From Oopsacas minuta (taxonomy: Eukaryota; Animalia; Porifera), in contig JAKMXF010000346.1 in assembly GCA_024704765.1 (NCBI GenBank), positions 130,015 through 194,014 on the forward strand: a stretch of 64,000 bases of DNA, written 5' to 3'. The translations under genes were made by a program, and so were the position numbers. Shown here piece by piece: positions 1-12,519 of this stretch. The first letter of the stretch is position 1. Each line of letters opens with the position of its first letter. Under the pieces are notes generated by a model. The model did not search any database. It was not told the origin of the DNA and worked only from the letters and a program-made list of their open reading frames with translations.

Positions 1-599
1 TTGACTATCATCATCCCTTTGGTGTCAACTCTAGCTTTGCAGACCCATCTTTACTCATGCAACCAATGCGTCACATCTCCAACTCTCCTCTGCACTCCAA
101 ATAATTATCCATCCTCCGACAGCTTGTCTCTTCTTCTTTGCGACTTGATCAGCCTAAAGTTCGGCTGATCAAGAGGTTCCGCCATTAGTAAAGTTATAAA
201 ATTTCAAATACAAAATGTGTCGATTGGTAATGAGAAAACGAATCTGAGTTTGAACTAGATCATTTTCTATTTATGTCCGAGGATTGCAAATATCACAGGT
301 GATCACATCCTGTTTACTACATTCCTCTTTACCAAATACAGCCCTAAGAGTATTTACTTCGTGTGTGCTTACTTAATACTTACTTTAGCAATCTTGGGAA
401 TTCATATCATTAAATGGATTCATGGAATCATGTCATCTAAATTAGAATTATCTATCAAATTAAGACTTCCCGTGTGCAGATATAATTATTAGAAAATTGA
501 TTATTTATGTGTACTTATATTGAATTAATGAACTAATATCATATCAAATTGACCAATCAAATTAGGTGCGAATTGTCCGGTGCGAATTGTCGGTATCCG
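1..599 (-). mobile_element. MULE (Mutator-like) element end with degenerate FLYWCH-type transposase N-terminus, running off the window
   Basis: Minus strand from ATG at 185 reads MAEPLDQPNFRLIKSQRRRDKLSEDG*LFGVQRRVGDVTHWLHE*RWVCKARVDT (FLYWCH-like). The end at 540..599 (aaattgaccaatcaaa...gcgaattgtcggtatccg) matches the TIR of the 9-bp-TSD element at 30216..32323. Confidence 0.7.
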
Positions 600-1919
600 C
601 TACCACTCACACTCCCAACTTATAATTTGAATTCCTCTAGCTTAGCGAGTTGCTAATACATTTAATGAAATTTAATTTTCATAAACGTCCATATCACTAA
701 AGTATGCATATATAATTTGAGAATCGAATTCTGACTTTTAGGTGGGTAAATTCAAGGGAGCCGTTACATTAAAAACTTTAACCAAAAAGTGACTAAAAGT
801 AAAGGTTTTTAAAATCAAAATATATTGCTTGAAATGTTCAACTCTCTTCTTAACAATGGCACAAATTTAGTTTAAATCTGTTGAGTATAAGTGAGTCAAA
901 TTAGTAACTGTAGTGACCCTAGTTAACTTATTCGTTGAATTTTTCACAATAGAATATTTCAAAACGTAAAGAATATTTTTGAAAGAAATTTTAACTACAT
1001 AATCCACCAGCCCCCACTAGTGTGTAGAAGAAAATTGTATCAAAATAATATTGAGAAGCCGATCAAATAACATATTATAGTTGACACGAATGGAAAAATT
1101 TCAAAACCTCAATGCAAAGTCATCACATTTTACAATTCTGATGACATTTTCGTAATCCATCAACTCTATATTTTGAAAAATGACAAGTATTTTTCTCTAT
1201 CTATATGATATGTCGGTCAAATTCACGATTGAAGTATACACGATTTTTTCATTTGATTTCCTGCTAACTTCTTTTTCGTCAAAAAATGTAACCCTTGGGG
1301 TCTTTTAGTGCGAATTTGGGAAAAAAAGATGAGGAACTCCTGGATAAAGTTGAGTTATAGTCATTCTAAATAGTTGTGTAATTGAAGAACAATGTGATAG
1401 TATGTTAGTTAGCTTGTAACTGCATACTCTCCTATTCAATTTTCTTTTACTTTAATTCATGTTTTGCATTCTGGGGAGCTGGATCCTCATTGACAGATGA
1501 GGCCCTGGCCCCCCAAATTTGGGTAGTTCTACATCCATGTCTATACGAACTATTCCTTTGGGTATTAGAGAATCCGAATCCATGCGAAATATACATATCT
1601 TTGATAATTTGAATCCAAATCCATCAAAAATTTATGGATTTTACATCATGACACCTTCATTCAACATCTATAATCTATGCGACGCTCCCTCCCCTATGCT
1701 TCCTAGTGTTAAGAAATTCTAAAGATTTCGACATTTGGAAAATATACAGCCTTTCCTATATTTTTACAATTTTTAATATCAAATTTCGCCAGACTACTAT
1801 TGTAGGAGCTGCAAAATTGTTCAAATATTTAAATTGATATACTTTACACAATTACATATATATTGCCACTTTATTTAATTCACTTGATATACTTTGCTTT
1901 TTGAGACAAATTATTTCCA

Positions 1920-1943
1920 TTATTTTCTCCCATTTATTGCTAG
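1920..1943 (+). other. Probable 3' splice acceptor of a 5'-UTR intron of PNUTS
   Basis: Pyrimidine-rich tattttctcccatttattgcTAG ends 12 nt before the ATG at 1956. The upstream exon was not identified. Confidence 0.4.
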
Positions 1944-1955
1944 CTACTGTCTTTT

Positions 1956-3977
1956 ATGATGGATCATACTAATTTCTCATCAAGATCTATGATTTTAGAT
2001 AATATTTATTCAGATAGTCCGAAGGAACTCTTATGTTTGCTTGATCCTATTCTTGGCAGTACAGGGTGCTTACGTAGTGCCAATGATGTAAACCTACTTG
2101 TTAAATATATGGAAAAAAGTTCTTTCATGGTTTCTCAATGTATTGTTATTAGTATTTTACGAAATACACGCGCCCCTAGCACTTTGGAAAGGTTTGTCGA
2201 GTCAAAAGGATGGGCAATCCTTAGTAATTGGCTTAAAGCTGCTAGAGATAGAAATGAAATCAATTATCTTATTGAATTAATACATGTACTAATGAAATTT
2301 CCTCAGACAATAGAGAGTTTAAAACAAGGGAACATTGGGAAGATTATTAAGCAATTAAGTAAAAGTGACAATTATGAACTTCAGAAAATTTCTAGGAATG
2401 TACTTATAAAATGGAAAGAATTTTTAAAGGATAACCAAACAAAAGGTATGATAAATATAGGTGGAGAGAAATATGTTGGCAGTTTTGAAAGCGCTGCTAC
2501 TGACCCGATTTCCTACACAAATCTTAAGACAATACAATCTGTACCAAACTCTTTTAAAAAGTTTACTCATTCATTAACTGAATTCAAACCCGCTAAGTCT
2601 ATCCAACGTGATGCAACACTAAAGAAAGTTAGAAATAATTCAGATTTAACCATGAATGCAGCACCTGTTGGTAAAATTCCTAAGTTATCTCAACCAAAGT
2701 ATATTGCTCCTAATCCAGATACTACATTGAATTCACCAGTCAGTTCTACACATTGTAGCAAGTTTTATTCATCAAAGCATGATAATGAGAAACTATTCCC
2801 GAGTTCATCCCAAAATTCAAATTCCAGAAAACACTCATTTTCTTCGAATAAAAGTTCTTCTGTTGATAGTAAAAAATTCTCTGAGGCAATTTTTGGATCT
2901 ACTAACCGTCGATCTTCTCTTAAAAGATTTTCTAACTCGCTCATTCCGCAAAGGTCTTATCCTGAACGAATAAATGATATTCTTGAACATACTTATTCTG
3001 GACATGAAATCGAAATTCCAAACAGCACCAATGTCCAAAGTAGCATATTTAATGATGAATTTGATGAACATTCTGGTGAAACACTTAGCTCTTCAAATCC
3101 ATTATTGCGGAAGCATGTAACCTGGGCCCCTGATGAATCGCTCACTCAAGTTCGTTATATTGAATTCGATGAAGCCGAATTCACTACAATTCAGATTCAT
3201 GGTACCTTTCATGATGCGATTTTGCAAGAAAAACGTGCTGAGAGATATGCTCTTGCTCACATTTTTGCCAATGATAGGATGTTAGCATTGGTTCAATGGA
3301 CTACTCCCAATTTAATTGATTTTTTGGAACCTCTTGTTGATTCAGGTTCTAAGAGCGAAGAGTCATTTACTCAAGCTACCCGTGAGAGATCAGTTCTTGC
3401 CTTACTATTTCTAACCAAAGATGCCGCTCCTGATGATCCTGCAGAACCTGACATTGAAGAAATTCTATGCTTTAAAGAGCCAAGGATTATACCTCAATAT
3501 GAACCAGGTAAGGAACCCATCCTTGATACTAACTCATCGACTGCTTCACCTGGGAAATCAAAATTTGCCACACCAATTATGCTCAACCCTTCAGATATAT
3601 CTACTCCTATATTTAATCAAATTCCGCCATCAATGCACAATATGCCTTTACTTCCCATTCCAGCTCATTTTAATTTCTTTCACTCAAACATGCCTACCCT
3701 AAACCAAATATCATGTGAAACAACAGATCAACGTCCTGTCTCCAATCAATCCAACATACCAATGCTTCATTCCACTGATTCTCACTTCGTTTCATCCACT
3801 AACTATGGAACAAATAAATTATATCCTTCTGTTTGTCGCGGAAACAGATACTCTTCATATCATAAGACAGGATTCAAAAACTTTAAACCCCGTGGAAGAG
3901 GTAAAACTAATCAATTATGTCAACATTATTTCAAAGGTTATTGTAAAAAAGGTGAAGCATGTGATTATCTCCACTGA
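1956..3977 (+). CDS. PPP1R10: Protein phosphatase 1 regulatory subunit 10 (PNUTS), 673 aa, uninterrupted CDS
   Basis: N-terminal TFIIS-N-like domain (SPKELL...MVSQCIVISILRNTR...LSNWL...LKQGNIGKIIKQLSKS), PP1-docking RVxF-type motif KHVTW (3111..3125), conserved RERSVLALLFL...PAEPD...PRIIP block, and C-terminal CCCH finger CQHYFKGYCKKGEACDYLH. This is the PNUTS domain order. Confidence 0.93.
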   Translation: MMDHTNFSSRSMILDNIYSDSPKELLCLLDPILGSTGCLRSANDVNLLVKYMEKSSFMVSQCIVISILRNTRAPSTLERFVESKGWAILSNWLKAARDRNEINYLIELIHVLMKFPQTIESLKQGNIGKIIKQLSKSDNYELQKISRNVLIKWKEFLKDNQTKGMINIGGEKYVGSFESAATDPISYTNLKTIQSVPNSFKKFTHSLTEFKPAKSIQRDATLKKVRNNSDLTMNAAPVGKIPKLSQPKYIAPNPDTTLNSPVSSTHCSKFYSSKHDNEKLFPSSSQNSNSRKHSFSSNKSSSVDSKKFSEAIFGSTNRRSSLKRFSNSLIPQRSYPERINDILEHTYSGHEIEIPNSTNVQSSIFNDEFDEHSGETLSSSNPLLRKHVTWAPDESLTQVRYIEFDEAEFTTIQIHGTFHDAILQEKRAERYALAHIFANDRMLALVQWTTPNLIDFLEPLVDSGSKSEESFTQATRERSVLALLFLTKDAAPDDPAEPDIEEILCFKEPRIIPQYEPGKEPILDTNSSTASPGKSKFATPIMLNPSDISTPIFNQIPPSMHNMPLLPIPAHFNFFHSNMPTLNQISCETTDQRPVSNQSNIPMLHSTDSHFVSSTNYGTNKLYPSVCRGNRYSSYHKTGFKNFKPRGRGKTNQLCQHYFKGYCKKGEACDYLH

Positions 3978-5392
3978 ACTTTAGAATAATTGACTATATT
4001 GTAATTTATCTTATAAGTATTTTCCAACCATATTCTTGCTTATGTTTAGATACAAATGTGTTGTAACTTTCAAAAATACACGGTGTTCCAGGTCTCTATT
4101 CTTGATTATGAAATTAGATAACCTTCTTCAACGTATTATTAATTCCATACTAGTTAGAATATACTTAACACAGGACTGATATTCATCATTCTCTTTGTAC
4201 GAAATCCTCAAAAGAAGGCGTGAGAACTTGTCAAAGTTGTCTAATCAGTTAATTTTGCCAGAATGAATATTGAAGGGTTTACCCGTGAATCAATTTTCAA
4301 CCATCTAACATAAGTATACAGGATTCTCCAAGGATTTTCTTATGGTGTGTAAGAATCTATGCTGTGGTCATATACCAATTTATTTTACCACTCTACCAAG
4401 TGAAATTGGACCACTATTGTAGGGATGCTACTATTTAACAGCACAGCTCCAAACTCTGTTCCGCCTGCCCTGTATACGTATATCTATTCTAAGAACTTTA
4501 GGGTCCTTTAAAGCACAATATTAAACTAATGATATAGAAAGCTGACAATTTGATATTCTAAATTGTAGTACATGGTACCATAGCACATAATTTGAGAAAA
4601 TATTATATTTATCAACTTTACATAATTATTTGTATTTTTAAGCAATAGAACGGAATTTTATGAATTTATTATCCATAGTCCATCCATACTACATTTATGG
4701 CTGGTGATATGAAGCTGCTACATAGTTTTGAGTTATTAATATTGGTACTTGATGCCTCGGGTTTTAAAAATTTGAAAATTTTGACTTATTTTACAATTTA
4801 TATCCATGATGGTCTAATAATGACAGAATTATTCTAGCATTTGCTCAAAGTGACGATGTCAGAATATTTCTCACATTGAGGAGTCCTGTAATTCAAGCTT
4901 CAACCATCTAACCTTTATGTTGGCTGTGCTGTAGCTAATATGGCTTACAATTACGTCTAGGTTTGTCATAGGAATGAATTTTTGTCCAAGACTTTAATTT
5001 GTCCTAGCCAGGCTGAAAATACCCCCTGTATAATGGGCTTAATTTTTTCTGAAAAATGAAAATAATCTGGGTTATAATCAATTTTCAAAATTTGATAAAT
5101 ATTCATTTGAGAAATTATAATCAATAAATATTCAATTAAATTTCATTAACAATTTAGTAGAGTTGATAAAGACACTCATCCTTATCAAATCTACTTTAGA
5201 TACTTCGTTTTTTTAATGCCGATCTTTTAGAGCTATTGCACCCGCCTCCATGACAGAAGTATACGAAGATGTGTAGTAATCATTTATCTGCTCATAATAG
5301 GTCCATTCTTTAGATTATTGCAATGTGTATGGTTAGCCCTATGGATCGAAGGTAAGTTAAGTAGTAGTTCTTCAGTAGTCGAACCGTGGCCC

Positions 5393-8300
5393 CAGTGACG
5401 GACACTAGGGGGTGCTCAAGCGCTCCCAATATATTCAACGAAATTGTGTATTCCTTAGAGAAGGTGATAGATACCACAAAATAAATACTGGTACAAACTA
5501 TAAATAAAAACGTATGTATTGGGATCAACCAATCAAGTTATAAAATTCCTATATGAAGTTCCTAATAGTTATCTAATAAATAAAATATTTTGTTCCCATA
5601 GAAATTCCATGTTAATACTACGGATTATCGGCTTTTTGAAATGTATCCATCGATCCATAACAGTATCTAATGACAGAACTCACTATATCCCGATTCATTG
5701 CTAGAAACATTAGATCATTTGCTCTGGCATAATGAAGGCAGTTTCGAGCCCAAGACAAATCCTATTCATTGTGCTGAAACTCTGTTCTACAGTAGCAATA
5801 CTTACTAGTGAAGTTTTAGAAATGGAAATTAACAAGTTTAGATTTTTATAGAGTTCTTGGTCAAGGGAGTGGCCCAGATTTAATAATAATAGGCGCTCTT
5901 TATAGTTCACTTTTCAGGAAATCGAGGTTAAACCCAAAGCAGCTGTCGTATCGTGAAACCAGGGGTAATAACATGTTTAAATCCAAATGACACGATTAAT
6001 ACAGTAGAACTCGGTTAAGACGTACTTGTCTCCAATAACCGAAATTTTCTCCTACCTAATCCATTATAAATGATTAGGTTAAGACGTACCCGGTTAAGAC
6101 GTACAATCGGATAAGACGTACTAAATTATTCTTCCCAAAAGGACAAAATTTATTGAATCGTACTCGTTTAATTCGTACTCGGTTAATACGTACTTGGATA
6201 ATTCGTACTCGGTTAATACGTACTTGTTTAATTCATACTCGATGAACAAAAATACAATTCGTATGTTCTTACACGTACCTTAGTTATTTATAAAAGGCAT
6301 CCTCATTTAGGGATAGGCTTAACCAAATGTCAAATGAAATTTGCAAGATAATACTGACAATTTAGAATATTATTTTCAGTACATATAGATTGCATTAATC
6401 ATGGCTACGAATTCAAAGAAATCTCTCACAATTCGACAAAGGATAGACCTTATTACTAGGATAGAGAATGGTGAACCGCTAACAAGCGTCTGCAAAAGTC
6501 TAAATATCTCAAAGTCGACGGTGAATTCAATATGGAAAAATAGGGAAACTCTCAAACTAACTATGACTCGTCTGAAATCAGTGTTGACTGTAAGCGGATC
6601 CGATCATCGAATTTCACTCAAGTGGATACAGCTTTACTAGAATGGTTTAAGCAGGCAAGAAATTGTAATATTCCTATAACCGGGAAAATACTGATGGAAA
6701 AGTCCCAGTTCTTTGCTACTGCCATGTATGTTTCAACTTTTAAAGCCACTACAGGTTTCATCGATAGGTGGAAGAAAAGACATTCTATAGGGATGAAATA
6801 AATTTCTGGTGAAGAGAAATCAGTTTCAGAGGAGAGCATTTGTCCTTGGTTGGATATCACTCTGCCAGAATTGCTCTTGAAATATACACCAGAAAATATC
6901 TACAACGTAGATGAAACTGCGCTATTTTACAAGTTACGGCCAGAGAGGACGTTGACTTCAAAAGGAGAAATGTGTAGTGGTAGTAAGAAACAGAAGGACC
7001 GTCTTACAGTGCTTGTTGGGGCCAGTATGGCTGGTGAAATGCTTCCACTTCTAGTCATTGGAAAATCCAAGTCACCAAGGTGTTTTTCGGGTATTAGATC
7101 GTTACCTTTAGGCTATTTTTCTAATGCGAAAGCTTGGATGGCGGGAAATTTCTTCCAGCAATGGCTCGAAAAGTGGAATAGAAAAATTGTATACACGAAA
7201 CGTTCTGTCCTACTCATAATAGACAATTGTCCCGCACACCTCGTAATCTTGAGCTTCTAACATTTCTATCAAATTTCTGCCACCAAACACCACTACAAAT
7301 TACAGCCTTGTGATCATGGCATTATACAATCCCTGAAAGTTCATTATCGACACCAATTAGTAAAGAGGCTACTTTCATCAATGGATGCTAAGGAAGAACT
7401 GAAAATAACAGTTCTTGATGCTATGCAGTGGCTGAAGGTTTCATGGGACAAAGTAACAGCCACGACTATTCAAAATTGCTTTCATCATTGTAGCTTTAGT
7501 CTTGGATCAAATACTGCAGAAATATCAATTGTCTCAGAAGAAGGGCCTGAAAGTATTACATATGAGGAATTGAAGAGCCGTGAAATTAATGTTGAAGGTT
7601 CATTTGAAGAATATGCTATTATTGACAATGACGTCTCTATTTGTGGCATTCTTACAGATAATGAAATTACAGCAATGGTTCAGGGTGACGTTACTGAAGA
7701 ACCATGTGTAATAGAATATGATGAGGATGATAATACTATTGTGTGCCCAAGCGTGTCAGAATATCATGATGCTCTGAAGATTGTTAAGCGCTACGTGACC
7801 TGTAATTCCAAAAGCTATCTTCTCAATGCTATTAACGAGATGGAAGAACTAATCTATACTTGTAGTGTGAAGCAAAGTTCACTTTCCGATTTTTACACTA
7901 GCCAATAAGCTATGTGCTAGTGCGAATCATTTTCTCATATTACTCTAGGAAATATTCAACCTATCTTTGATAATTCGTATTTATTACTCAAAAAGAAATA
8001 TTTATTGATTGTAGGACATAGTTTACACTTTATACACGGAGACGTTTTTGCTGTATTCTGATAAGTAATACGTATAACAATTTCTACACACCTCGGATAA
8101 GATGTACCTCGGATAAGACGTACCTCGGTTAGTACGTACTTTTTATTGTTTCCCAAGCTAGTACGTCTTAACCGAGTTCTACTGTATTACAATATCACAC
8201 CAGGATAAATAGGTCAGAGCGCCCCCAATAATTAGCAAAGTGTCCGCCACTGCGTTGACCCCTTTTCTCTGTCATAAGACAGGTATAGTTGTAGTGCAGA

Positions 8301-8829
8301 ACCTTTTGGAGTCTCTGTGGGAAAATATCTCTGAAACTTTTCAGGGTTGCGTAAAAAGGAATCGACTTAAACTCTGTTTTTACAATTCGCTAAGATCCTC
8401 CTTCACCAACTCAAAAATTCAAGAATTTTCGGGTTACTAACTTATCAGGAAGCTTCAACTGCACGTAATTTTTATGAATAAACAACTGCGTATTCGTTCC
8501 AACGCAATGGAAACTTCTGGAATTGCCTTCAGGGAATCTTGGATTACTAAATTGAGTTGATGGCCAAAGCAGTATAGGTAAAACCCTTTTTGTTTTTCAT
8601 TCGAAAGCTTTGCTTTCAGGCCGTTTACTCTGCCAGGCAGTTTTGATGTACCGTCATACCCTTGCCTCCCTTATGCCAGAGAAGGGAAGCCCATAACACA
8701 GTGCTAATGTTTTTACAAGTTGGAACATGGTCTCGGCGTCAATTATAGATGTCTGATGATTTCCAAGCTAACCTCCGAGCTTTCAGATTTTTGTTGCAAA
8801 CACGGACCCATATCACCACTTGTTCTATT
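5393..8829 (-). mobile_element. Degenerate hAT transposon relic, interrupted by a Tigger element
   Basis: Dimerisation-domain remnant (SLVSIATVEQSFSTMNRI, about 5750..5830) lies left of the Tigger. IEQVVIWVRV...QGYDGTSKLPGRVNGLKAKL remnant lies right of it (about 8600..8829). CAGTGACGG hAT-like end at 5393. Boundaries approximate. Confidence 0.6.
6002..8184 (+). mobile_element. Tigger/pogo-family DNA transposon, defective transposase
   Basis: Perfect 25-bp TIR CAGTAGAACTCGGTTAAGACGTACT with TA TSDs. HTH (6401..), CENP-B-type HTH remnant and DDE_1 motifs (YNVDETALFY, KDRLTVL, LLIIDNCPAH, LQPCDHGII) are split by frameshifts. Subterminal CGG(T/A)TAA(G/T)ACGTAC repeats. Confidence 0.9.
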
Positions 8830-8830
8830 C

Positions 8831-10871
8831 TAGGGTGCGACCCGTGCGGGCTTTATTGTAAATCACGGGCTGCGGGCACAAAACGGGCTGAAAAGAGTCA
8901 AAAGAACAATTTTACAGATGATGAATATACTTTAATTATAGAATTAGGTCATGAGATTATTACTATTTTAGTATATGTAAGTATCACAAGTATTATAAAT
9001 GTTATTTTCGTTTAATCTAATAATCCTCATAGAGAGGTAGAATCATGTCAGTGTTATCTGTAGTCTCAGCTTCAATGTATTGTCTGCTGATTCTTATCAG
9101 TAAGCAATTAGTTACTATATCATTTCCCAAGGATACACGGAGAGGAGAGTGAATATGCTTGTGTCGAGAAACAGTCGTTCAACCGAAGCCTCACTAACTG
9201 CGATTTTGTTGAGTATTTGTTCTTCAAACACTTTCAGTTTGGGGTAATGTTGGATTGTATCACCTTCCAACCAAGCACCAAACTCCCTGGCATCATATAG
9301 CATATCAAAATCTGAATGAACTTTCATTAACTGAAGCCATTTTCCAGTCATTTCGAAGTCAATATCTCCAGTCTTTCCATTTAACCAGTTTATAAGATGA
9401 ATAACAATATTTTCAAGCATCCACCTCCTCTTCTCAATCACTGTACATACTTCATCGAATCCTGTCTCTTGTAGTGTCTCCAAAAGTTCCTCAAACTTGC
9501 ACATCATTGTAGGCCATGTAGTCGTATCTTCTTGAGCAATATTAAGAACATCAAGAATCGGTCGAGTTCTCTGCAGACAAGCACTCAATTTTCCCTTTTC
9601 TCTCTCATCATCAAGTTTCACAATGAGTTGCTCCATCCGAACAATTCTTGAATTCCATCTAGTATCAACATAACGAGGGACAGTACCGTTGGCTACATGT
9701 TTATTCAATATGTCAAGTGCTTTCTGACACACTGGAACTGCTGTGAAGATATTACGTAAGCAAAGGTTCATAACATGTGCTGTACACCGCAATACCAACA
9801 AACCACCACATTCATTCGACAATTTCTGCAGGCCAAGTTGAATTGACCGAGCATTGTCAGCGAGTAATGCAATAACCTTGGAATTCCACCCTTCGACAAT
9901 GTTTACTGCTACTCGACCAGCTTCCAGAAATGCATTAGAAGAGTTGTCTTTCACTATTTGGCTAGTTATATAGATTGGTTTTGAACTTGAGTTAGCAAAT
10001 CCCAAAAAAGATACAAACTTGTCACCTACCAATAACATTATAATTTATACATATACATATACGTATTATACAATATATTTAGAGTAAACATATTAAGCAT
10101 ACCTGTCAGGGAGTTTTTCCACCCATCACAGACGATTGTCATAAATGTACCCTGAAATTCGGCTTTCATCTCCTGCCTGACTTCATCAGTAATTAATCTT
10201 ATTTCTCCTCTCAAATCCATTCGGTTTGAACAACTTTCAATCCGCAGCAGGCTCCTTGTAAATTCGCTTTCAAAATAACTCAAAGGTAAAACATGATCTC
10301 CGCAAGATATTAACATCGCCAAGCGTCTTCTTTCTGGCATTGCTGATAGACCTGTCTTCTTCTTGAAACATCTAAGAATACTAGACTGAGTACCATCTCT
10401 GCATTCTAACCTCCTCTTCATCTTATTATACTCCTCCGGATGTTTGTTAGTGATGTGGCGTGACATATGCGAGGTACCAGTCTTTTGACTGTTGTATGTG
10501 AATGCACTGGAACATAATGAGCATTTAGCGGTATTTGTTAATTTTTCAATAACAAATAAATCTAGAAGTCTAGATGCACTAAACCTACTATCTTCCACCA
10601 TTAATAGAAAGAAAAAGGAAATAACAACGAAACAATCAAAGTGTTGCATATATATAAAGTTTCATATATATACTATTTCGCACACGATTTCCCGCATCTT
10701 ATAACGCGGAATTTATATGAATTCTCAATTCTTTGAGAATACATTCACGAATTCAGCCAACAGTGCCATAAAATAAACAAATTTCCTAAATCACGGGCTG
10801 GTGGAATAAATAAGCGGGCCGCGGGCTTTGATAGCGGGCCACGGACCACGGGCTTTACGGGTCGCACCCTA
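8831..10871 (-). mobile_element. hAT transposon with compact, intron-containing, nearly intact transposase (about 500 aa)
   Basis: Perfect 15-bp TIR TAGGGTGCGACCCGT. CDS 10601..10103 joins 10025.. in frame across a 77-nt GT-AG intron. BED finger (CSLC...HMSRHITNKH), CDGW, ADNA, CTAH, TRW and VSEASVERLF are all present. One frameshift follows VERLF. No matching 8-bp TSD. Confidence 0.85.
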
Positions 10872-12519
10872 GGCAATGAGGAAATTCTCTAATTTTTGAA
10901 ATTTGGGCATTATTATTTTTTGTATAATCATGGTGAGATAATAATATTCCATAATGAGTTAGAATTTGGTAAAATTATGACGTCATAACGTGTTGCAAAT
11001 TGACTCTATTTGTGATTCAAATTTCAAACTTATATAATTATATTACCTTCGCCATAGCAAATACTATGATCTTGGATAACACAAATGTATTTTTCTGCTA
11101 TTTTTTCTATTCGAGGCATGAAGTGTTTAGTGTAGCGACTCGAGAGCACTGATATTTTGCTTTTTCATACATAAGCTATCATATAGTACAACGCTTAAGG
11201 ATATTTCCGCCCCCTCGCCAAGCGACCTAGAAAGCGAAGCGAGCTCTTATAAAATAATTAGGAAGTATAATTATAGCAAACAATACATAGAATTCACGTA
11301 GTAATCTTTATATGATTTTGTATATCACACTGTGTTTTCAATCAATGACTACCCACTTTATCGAGGGAGGCTTATATCTATAGTGCTTATCTGCCTACCC
11401 AAGTGTCTAAGGAAGATGGCAAACCTCACACCTTCCTAATTGGGTGTTAAAGGAGCAAAATGATTTTTCAAATTTGAAAAATGATAATTTCATGGTCATC
11501 CAATGCCGGCTTATATACAATTTGTAAAGGCATTGAGAATGTATGTAAATCTACCTTGAAAACCATGCTCCTACTTGAATTTTTTTATTTAAATGCCTTG
11601 AATATTAGGATGAAATAATGTTTTTAGAATATTCTATAAGACGTAAATATCTATGCTATTAGCAGATATTGATAAAACATTGATGTGGCTTATATTGACA
11701 TCTTATTGTATATAAACTACATTGAATCCATACTCCATATTCCATAGTAATATGAAATAATACAATGCTACTATAAAGTTACTTAATAAACAATCGAATT
11801 TTACTGTGCAGAAAATGCTTTGCTTAGTCTTGATCTTAGTGGAAAGTTGTTTTTTTGATTCGTATTCAATCTACAGCGTACATGTTTCTGATTATGAACA
11901 AATATTTGTAAAAGGATTAATTGTGCACTCAAATTTTTCTCCACGAAATACGATTATTATCTGACACAATTTTCACTTTTGGCCCACGTTTATAATTACC
12001 CATATATATATTGTATTAAATGGTGTAAATAGAGTAGTATTGTTATGTTTGACTAATGGTTTCAAGGTGTCCCGAATGTGTACAGGTTCCGTTTTTTTGG
12101 CCCACCAGCTACTTGACTTTACTACCCTTATACCATGAAACGATCTTCCGAGCACTTAGTTATGACTTTTTGTCATTAGTGGTTGATAGCCATGTAATTA
12201 TTGCGTAATTTTCAATAATTGAACTGGTTTCAGGCTTTGGATATGATGATATTAACATTTGTTGAACCCTCAAATCTGATAGGTCAATACATATTGACTT
12301 ATATCTCTGAGAGTTTTTGAGATATCGCTTAGATCTTAGAACAAGTTCGCAGATTTATCATATTCCACACTTATTCCAAATTTCAAGTATATATCTCATA
12401 CCAGTACATCGATCTAATTCACTAACAACTATTCAGTTATGCTATTTAGTTGTACATGACCTGTCGGGTACCTGGTATTGAGACTAATAATGCGATAAAA
12501 ATGTTCATAATCAATGTAT

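Noticed and set aside
1478-1722. GC-rich hairpin (cctcat...atgagg) and 67-aa ORF upstream of PNUTS as an ncRNA or small gene
   Set aside because: The stem is only 6 bp, there are no recognisable RNA-family motifs, the ORF starts at a non-ATG codon and it has no recognisable motif.
5240-5360. Candidate first exons of EIF2B4 (ATGACAGAAG...GAT|GTGTAG; ATG...CGAAG|GTAAGT)
   Set aside because: The first has a weak donor and no homology; the second joins 16415 out of frame. Not supportable without transcripts.
11973-12155. 60-aa minus-strand ORF as an exon of a nested gene
   Set aside because: No recognisable motif, no partner exons, non-ATG start.
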